Assembly: GCA_937861125.1 (NCBI GenBank)
Contig: CALMAY010000037.1
Span: 4,941-68,940 of the forward strand
From: an uncultured bacterium
Lineage (GTDB): Bacteria > Patescibacteriota > Patescibacteriia > Magasanikbacterales > UBA922
Reading direction: 5' to 3'
DNA length: 64,000 nucleotides
Part shown: in pieces, positions 58,960-64,000 of the stretch
How positions within the stretch are numbered: position 1 is the stretch's first letter
Layout of the letters: every line of letters starts with the position of its first letter
Notes under the pieces: generated by a model
What the model was told of the DNA's origin: nothing
Seen by the model: the letters and a program-made list of their open reading frames with translations, nothing else
Database searches by the model: none
Translations under genes and position numbers: made by a program

Positions 58960-59772
58960 ATGTCCACTGTCCTCCTCTATACCCTGTTTTTTCTCGTCGT
59001 TGCGCTTGGATATGCTACGATTTGGTTTTGTCTCTCACTATACAAACAGCGAACTGATATAGCCGATATTGCGTGGGGTGTAGGTGGAGCTCTCTTTGCA
59101 CTTCTTGCCCTTGCATCCACCCCATCACCCACTATTCGTGCCTATCTCGTCACCCTGTTTGTCGTATGCTGGGGTATTCGTCTTGCGCGCCATATTTATA
59201 CCAGAAACAAAAATAAACCAGAAGATGCCCGCTACGTCGCCATGCGATCCTCTTGGGGCGAACTTGCGGCAGTCCGTGTCTTTTTACAAATCTTTACACT
59301 CCAAAGTATCCTTTTGCTAGGCGTCCTCCTCAGCACCTTTGCCGTCATCCTTTCAGACACCCCACGCACATTGACACTTTGGGATATTATCGGTAGTGTG
59401 GTCTGGTTAATTGGTTTTTATTTTGAAGCCATAGGTGACAAACAGCTTTCTACATTTCTCGCAAATCCACTCAACAGAGGAAAGATTATGACGGGAGGAC
59501 TGTGGAAATATACACGCCACCCAAACTACTTTGGCGAGATGACACAATGGGTCGGTATCTTCATTATTTCTCTCAGTGTTCCATTTGGTTTTGTCACCAT
59601 CATTAGTCCACTCCTCATCTCCTACCTCCTCCTACATATCTCAGGTATTCCAATGCTAGAGAGACGGTACGAAGGAAACAAAGACTATGAAGCATACAAA
59701 AAAGTAACACCACCATTATTCCCAAAAGAATGGTTTGTAGAAAAAATAAAACAGATTAAGATTAAAAATTAA
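58960..59772 (+). CDS. DUF1295 / steroid-5-alpha-reductase-like membrane protein
   Basis: GLWKYTRHPNYFGEMTQW is the family signature. 270 aa. Confidence 0.8.
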   Translation: MSTVLLYTLFFLVVALGYATIWFCLSLYKQRTDIADIAWGVGGALFALLALASTPSPTIRAYLVTLFVVCWGIRLARHIYTRNKNKPEDARYVAMRSSWGELAAVRVFLQIFTLQSILLLGVLLSTFAVILSDTPRTLTLWDIIGSVVWLIGFYFEAIGDKQLSTFLANPLNRGKIMTGGLWKYTRHPNYFGEMTQWVGIFIISLSVPFGFVTIISPLLISYLLLHISGIPMLERRYEGNKDYEAYKKVTPPLFPKEWFVEKIKQIKIKN

Positions 59773-59836
59773 GATTGAACTTAGTCAACCTATTAACCAT
59801 CCTAAGCCTGGGAAACCTCTTACATCTTCAACGCAT

Positions 59837-60595
59837 ATGACAAAGAAAAACACCTCTTGGGGCAATGTCGCTGACTGGTACGACGATACCATTAAAGATG
59901 ACAACAGTTTTCAAACCCACGTCATTGCACCAAACATGCAGCGTCTTTTGAATATCACAAAAGGACAATCTGTACTGGATGTAGCATGTGGCAGTGGTTT
60001 TTTTTCAAAATATTGTAGTGAAGCTGGTGCTCATGTGACAGGTATTGATATTGCACCAGAATTAATTACCATTGCAAAAAACCTTAAACTTCCAAATACA
60101 ACTTTTTCTGTTGGCAATGTAGAGACACTTCCGACAGTTGCCGATAAAAGTATTGACACAGCATTTTGCATCCTCGCACTCCAAAATATTCGCAATGTTT
60201 CATCGGTATTCAAAGAAGTCAATCGTACACTCAAACCAGGTGGACGATTTCTCGTTGTCCTCAACCATCCGACATTCCGTATCCCAAAACAAAGTAGCTG
60301 GGGATGGGATGAGGCGACAAAAACTGAGTACCGACGTATCGACGGATATCTTACTGAATCGCAAATTGAGATCGACATGAATCCAGGAAGTCATACCAAA
60401 AAAGAAATGACTGTCTCATTTCACCGCTCACTCCAATACTATTTCAAAGTTGCCACAAACGCTGGTTTTTGTGTCAGTCGGCTTGAAGAATGGATCTCAC
60501 ACCGTGAACCGCCAGCAGGCAAAACATTTGCCGCGAGAAATAAAGCAAGAAAAGAATTTCCGCTTTTTCTATTCTTGGAATTTACTAAGTCGTAG
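59837..60595 (+). CDS. class I SAM-dependent methyltransferase
   Basis: Motif I VLDVACGSGFFS, motif II GIDIAPE, and post-I LKPGGRFLVV. Confidence 0.85.
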   Translation: MTKKNTSWGNVADWYDDTIKDDNSFQTHVIAPNMQRLLNITKGQSVLDVACGSGFFSKYCSEAGAHVTGIDIAPELITIAKNLKLPNTTFSVGNVETLPTVADKSIDTAFCILALQNIRNVSSVFKEVNRTLKPGGRFLVVLNHPTFRIPKQSSWGWDEATKTEYRRIDGYLTESQIEIDMNPGSHTKKEMTVSFHRSLQYYFKVATNAGFCVSRLEEWISHREPPAGKTFAARNKARKEFPLFLFLEFTKS

Positions 60596-60607
60596 TCGCC
60601 GCCCACT

Positions 60608-60731
60608 TTGTCATCCCGAGCGAAGCCGAGGGATCCCTTTCGTAAGTCATTGTAAAACTTTTCACTTTGTTCTAGCTAAATCAAATATAAGAAAGAGATT
60701 CCTCCCCGCTATGGCGTGGTCGGAATGACAG
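60608..60731. repeat. MITE-like palindromic element, copy 4 (inverted relative to copy 1)
   Basis: TTGTCATCCCGAGCGAAGCCGAGGGATCC ... GATTCCTCCCCGCTATGGCGTGGTCGGAATGACAG. Its reverse complement aligns along the whole length with 3564-3690. Confidence 0.85.
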
Positions 60732-60743
60732 TGTTATAAACAT

Positions 60744-61238
60744 ATGCAACTCCCCTACCGCAAACCCACAAAATTCAGCGTCATGCAGCTGGACCCAATC
60801 ATGAGCCAAGAAAAATTTGATGAACTCTCACGCAAACTTGCCAAGCTCAAAGCCGACCGACCAAAGGCGGCTGCTGATGTCAGTCGACTCGCTGAGCTCG
60901 GAGATTTTTCTGAGAACGTTGAATACCAACTTGCCAAAGGCAGACTACGAAAAATAAACGAGAATATTCTTATCATTGAGACACACATCAATCAAGCCAC
61001 AGTTATACAAAAAACAAATACGGAAGTAGTGGAAATTGGGAGTATCGTGACAGTAGAGGTAGATGGTAAGGAAAAAACGTATGAGATACTTGGATCATCT
61101 GAGACTAATCCGACCAAAGGGATTATCTCTCATACATCGCCGATTGGGGCGGCGTTAATTGGACACAGAGTCGGTGACGTGGTATCGATAGAAATAGCAA
61201 AAAACAAAAAAGGATACCTGATCAAAAATATCAAATAA
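60744..61238 (+). CDS. greA: transcription elongation factor GreA
   Basis: The coiled-coil N-terminal region (DELSRKLAKLKADRPKAAADVSRLAELGDFSENVEYQLAKGRL) and the C-terminal ISHTSPIGAALIGHRVGDVV fit GreA. The true start may be an internal Met (60783 or 60801). Confidence 0.9.
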   Translation: MQLPYRKPTKFSVMQLDPIMSQEKFDELSRKLAKLKADRPKAAADVSRLAELGDFSENVEYQLAKGRLRKINENILIIETHINQATVIQKTNTEVVEIGSIVTVEVDGKEKTYEILGSSETNPTKGIISHTSPIGAALIGHRVGDVVSIEIAKNKKGYLIKNIK

Positions 61239-61303
61239 AAATCCCTTCATCAGGGATTTTTATCTTTTCACACATTGCTCTATGTATGTTGTCTATTGAT
61301 GCA

Positions 61304-62077
61304 CTACGCCCGCAACCCTCTCCCCGTCTTGAATAGCCACCACACGAAACAGAACAACATAACAGTTAATCCAATCAATAATCCAGCTGCAAAAGGAATG
61401 GACACATCGGACACACCAAGCAATCCATATCGAAACCCTGCAATCATATAGAGAATCGGGTTAAACGATGATACCGCTTGCCAAAACGGTGGTAACATCG
61501 AGACAGAGTAAAACACCCCGCCCAAATATGTCAGTGGTGTCAGGACAAAGTTTGGGATGATAGAGATACCATCAAAACTTTTGGCATACACACCATTGAT
61601 GAGACCTACCAAAGAAAACAGCACAGAGGTAAGAACCGCAAATAATACAGTTATGCCAATATGTGCAATATGCAATTTGGTAAAAAATAATGCGGTAGAC
61701 ATCACTAATGTCGCAGTCAACAATCCACGCAATACTCCTCCAGTCACATATCCTGCAATCACAATCGGAAATGGTGTTGGAGAGACAATAATCTCTTCAA
61801 TACTTTTTTGAAACTTGGCAAAATAATACGATGAGACCGTATTCATAAACGACTGCATGATCACCGCCATCATCACAAGTCCAGGAACAATAAACTGCAT
61901 ATAACTATATCCAGCAATATCACCGACCTGTGAACCGATAAATTTACCAAAAATAACAAAGTACAAAGTCATGGTAACAACCGGCGGCAACAGCGTCTGA
62001 CTCCACACACGCAAAAAACGAATCACTTCTTTGCGCACAAGTGTAGAGTAGGAAATCCAATTTTTATATGGGGTCAT
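61304..62077 (-). CDS. ABC-2 type transporter permease
   Basis: Six TM helices. The start MTPYKNWISYSTLVRKEVIRFLRVWSQTLL is typical of ABC-2 permeases. I chose the start at 62077. Confidence 0.85.
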   Translation of the reverse strand: MTPYKNWISYSTLVRKEVIRFLRVWSQTLLPPVVTMTLYFVIFGKFIGSQVGDIAGYSYMQFIVPGLVMMAVIMQSFMNTVSSYYFAKFQKSIEEIIVSPTPFPIVIAGYVTGGVLRGLLTATLVMSTALFFTKLHIAHIGITVLFAVLTSVLFSLVGLINGVYAKSFDGISIIPNFVLTPLTYLGGVFYSVSMLPPFWQAVSSFNPILYMIAGFRYGLLGVSDVSIPFAAGLLIGLTVMLFCFVWWLFKTGRGLRA

Positions 62078-62138
62078 ACTTGAAAAATAAAAAATCAAAG
62101 ACACAAGATACAAACTACACCAAACTTGCAAACCCTTA

Positions 62139-62245
62139 CGTCATTGCGAGGAGCTCGCGCGACGTGGCAATCCAGCAACGTCTGGTTGATTATAACGCTT
62201 ACCAAACGGATACTGGATTGCTTCGCTTTGTCGCTCGCAATGATG
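62139..62245. repeat. MITE-like palindromic element, copy 5 (between the ABC ATPase and permease genes)
   Basis: Termini CGTCATTGCGAGGAGCTCGCGCGACGTGGCAATCC and GGATTGCTTCGCTTTGTCGCTCGCAATGATG. Confidence 0.75.
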
Positions 62246-62262
62246 TAGGTACTTTATAAACT

Positions 62263-63174
62263 CTAAGCTGTCTTCTGTAAAAAGAACTCTTCCAACCGAT
62301 TAGTCTTGTTTTTGATCGACGTCACCACTACACCCATCTTATTAAGCAAATCAATTGCAGTAGAAAGTGTGTATTGTTTTGAAAGGGTCAATGACACTTC
62401 CTGACTATCAAGCACTGGAGCAAAAGATGAAAGTTGTTTTATTTCAACGTCAGTCAAGGCACGACTCAGATCACACACCACCGTCATCGCTTCCATCTGT
62501 GAAAGCAACTCTTTCATCCCGCCTCGTGCCACGATCTCTCCCTTATTGATAATCGCCAAGTTACGACAGAGCTCCTCTGCTTCCTCAAGGTAGTGTGTTG
62601 TTAAAAGAATAGTGACACCAGAGGCATTCAACTCTTTCAAAAAAACATACATATCACGACGCAACTCGAGATCCACCCCAGCAGTTGGCTCATCCAAAAT
62701 CAACAACTTTGGTGAATGCACCAACGCACGAGCAATCATCAAGCGACGTTTCATACCACCAGAAAGCGCACGTGCTTTTTCATTTCTTTTTTCCCACAAC
62801 CCAAGCTGTTTAAGATATCGTTCAGCCTGAATTTTTGCTTGTGCACGAGGAATACCATAATATCCTGCCTGTGTTACAACAATATCTTCTACTTTTTCAA
62901 AAATACCAAAATTAAATTCTTGCGGCACAACTCCCACACGTTCTTTTGCACCTTGTGCATCATTATCGATAGACACACCGTTAATCACCAAAGATCCATC
63001 ACTCTTTTTTACCAGTCCAGAAATAATAGAGATCAACGTTGTCTTGCCCGCACCATTTGGTCCAAGTAACGCAAAAAAATCTCCAGACTCAATGGTCAGA
63101 TCAATTCCTCTGAGTGCCTGTACTGTCCCGTTATACGTTTTTTTTAGACCATGTACTTCAAGAGCAAACGACAT
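62263..63174 (-). CDS. ABC transporter ATP-binding protein
   Basis: Walker A GPNGAGKTT, signature LSGGMKRR, Walker B LLILDEPT. 303 aa. Confidence 0.95.
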   Translation of the reverse strand: MSFALEVHGLKKTYNGTVQALRGIDLTIESGDFFALLGPNGAGKTTLISIISGLVKKSDGSLVINGVSIDNDAQGAKERVGVVPQEFNFGIFEKVEDIVVTQAGYYGIPRAQAKIQAERYLKQLGLWEKRNEKARALSGGMKRRLMIARALVHSPKLLILDEPTAGVDLELRRDMYVFLKELNASGVTILLTTHYLEEAEELCRNLAIINKGEIVARGGMKELLSQMEAMTVVCDLSRALTDVEIKQLSSFAPVLDSQEVSLTLSKQYTLSTAIDLLNKMGVVVTSIKNKTNRLEEFFLQKTA

Positions 63175-63185
63175 ACGATAGATAA

Positions 63186-63713
63186 TTACATGGTTTCCAT
63201 ATCATACATCGGCACATTTCCCAGATAATCCCCTTTTCCAATTTGCACACCCAAATGACGTGCAATACCATACGCAGTCACGACATGAAAATAGAAATTT
63301 GGTAACCCAAACATTGCCACAAATTCTTCTGGTTTAAAATATTTTCCTGGAAAATATGACATCACTACTTTGCGTGTGTCTGCTTGTGCAAATTGATCTT
63401 CAGACAATGATTCAAGAAAGGTAACAGTTTTCTGTATACGCTCAATCAGCTGTGCAATCGTCGTCTCAGTATCTTCATATACTGGTTTTTCAATTGCTGC
63501 GAGCTGCGCTGCAGTATTTCTCGCATTATCAGTCGCAATTTGTACTTGTTTAACAAGAGGAAACATGTCAGGCGCCAATCGAGCGTCGAGTACATCAGTA
63601 TCAGACATGCCTTTTTCTTGTGCAAATATTTGTGTCTTTTCTAACACAGTACCCAAACCTTTTAATGAAGAAATAAATGGCACAACTGTGACATGATGAT
63701 AATTTGTTTGCAT
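63186..63713 (-). CDS. DUF1993-domain protein
   Basis: ARLAPDMFPLVKQVQIATDNA and GLPNFYFHVVTAYGIARHLGVQIGKGDYLG match the DUF1993 pattern. Confidence 0.75.
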   Translation of the reverse strand: MQTNYHHVTVVPFISSLKGLGTVLEKTQIFAQEKGMSDTDVLDARLAPDMFPLVKQVQIATDNARNTAAQLAAIEKPVYEDTETTIAQLIERIQKTVTFLESLSEDQFAQADTRKVVMSYFPGKYFKPEEFVAMFGLPNFYFHVVTAYGIARHLGVQIGKGDYLGNVPMYDMETM

Positions 63714-63773
63714 ATATACAAATTAGATAAGTAACTTACATATAATACACCCAGATGCAGAGAAATGCAAGAA

Positions 63774-63804
63774 ACAAAAATCGCCCCGTAGAACGGGACG
63801 ATTT
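63774..63804 (-). terminator. intrinsic-terminator-like hairpin in the leader of the DUF1993 gene
   Basis: AATCGCCCC-loop-GGGACGATT (one mismatch), followed on the minus strand by TTTTTG. It lies 61 nt upstream of the start codon. Confidence 0.45.
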
Positions 63805-64000
63805 ATTGCGCCATACAAATGTCGGGCGACGTCTGTATGAATAATACAGCTTTCGCTGTGTGACGTTACATACATTACTGCACTAACGTCGTGAAAGAAT
63901 TGTACCACACATGCACCCCAAACACAATATAGGAGTTTTCCACAGGGTAATAAACAAACACAGACAAACAAAAAAGTTCTTTATTACAAGAACTTTTTTT

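Noticed and set aside
63723-63971. 82-aa minus-strand ORF upstream of the DUF1993 gene
   Set aside because: It is Cys-rich with an odd composition and no RBS. It overlaps the hairpins of the putative leader and is more likely non-coding.

Overview
This is a 64-kb chromosomal fragment from a low-to-moderate G+C bacterium. Sampled housekeeping lines run about 27-45 % G+C by eye. The gene content suggests a CPR/Patescibacteria-like organism: a T4SS-pilin-like Cys-rich protein, a giant lamin-tail-domain surface protein, a pilin-like globular domain, two TrmB-type regulators, a GlmU with only the uridylyltransferase domain, and a 23S-5S operon with no 16S. That placement is an inference and has not been verified. 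Most of the window is ordinary core genome. It encodes glmS, class I FBA, glpX, rlmH, an AlkD-like repair enzyme, ribE, pnp, rpsO, tsf, rpsB, uvrA, ftsH, ftsK, recA, greA, an envelope cluster (SpoIID, flippase, GT2, O-antigen-ligase-like, DedA), an ABC-2 exporter, a Kef-type antiporter and an AI-2E transporter. RNA genes are 23S and 5S rRNA, a probable RNase P RNA, tRNA-Leu(UAG), and a tRNA-Ala/Phe/Pro cluster. Many genes carry textbook TTGACA-N17-TAnnnT promoters and hairpin/U-run terminators. I found no CRISPR array, integrase, transposase, reverse transcriptase or recognisable defence operon. The leads most worth following are these. (1) Two tandem cassettes at 47.7-49.0 kb hold unrelated GC-rich orphan genes framed by the same 73-bp 5' module and 71-bp 3' hairpin module. 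(2) A third GC-rich orphan gene at 16.1-17.1 kb has its own GC-rich terminator, a perfect 15-bp palindromic operator, and a promoter block duplicated from the RNase P RNA promoter, including a (CT)n spacer tract. (3) A 0.9-kb islet bounded by a 27-bp duplication of the tRNA-Leu 3' end carries only a nucleotidyltransferase. (4) A five-copy MITE-like family has GTCATYCCGAGC...GGRATC termini. (5) A promoter-to-terminator structured RNA of about 215 nt lies just upstream of the 23S. (6) A translationally coupled pair consists of an unknown protein and a membrane-anchored CphA-like ATP-grasp protein. All homology calls come from motif recognition by eye; no searches were run.
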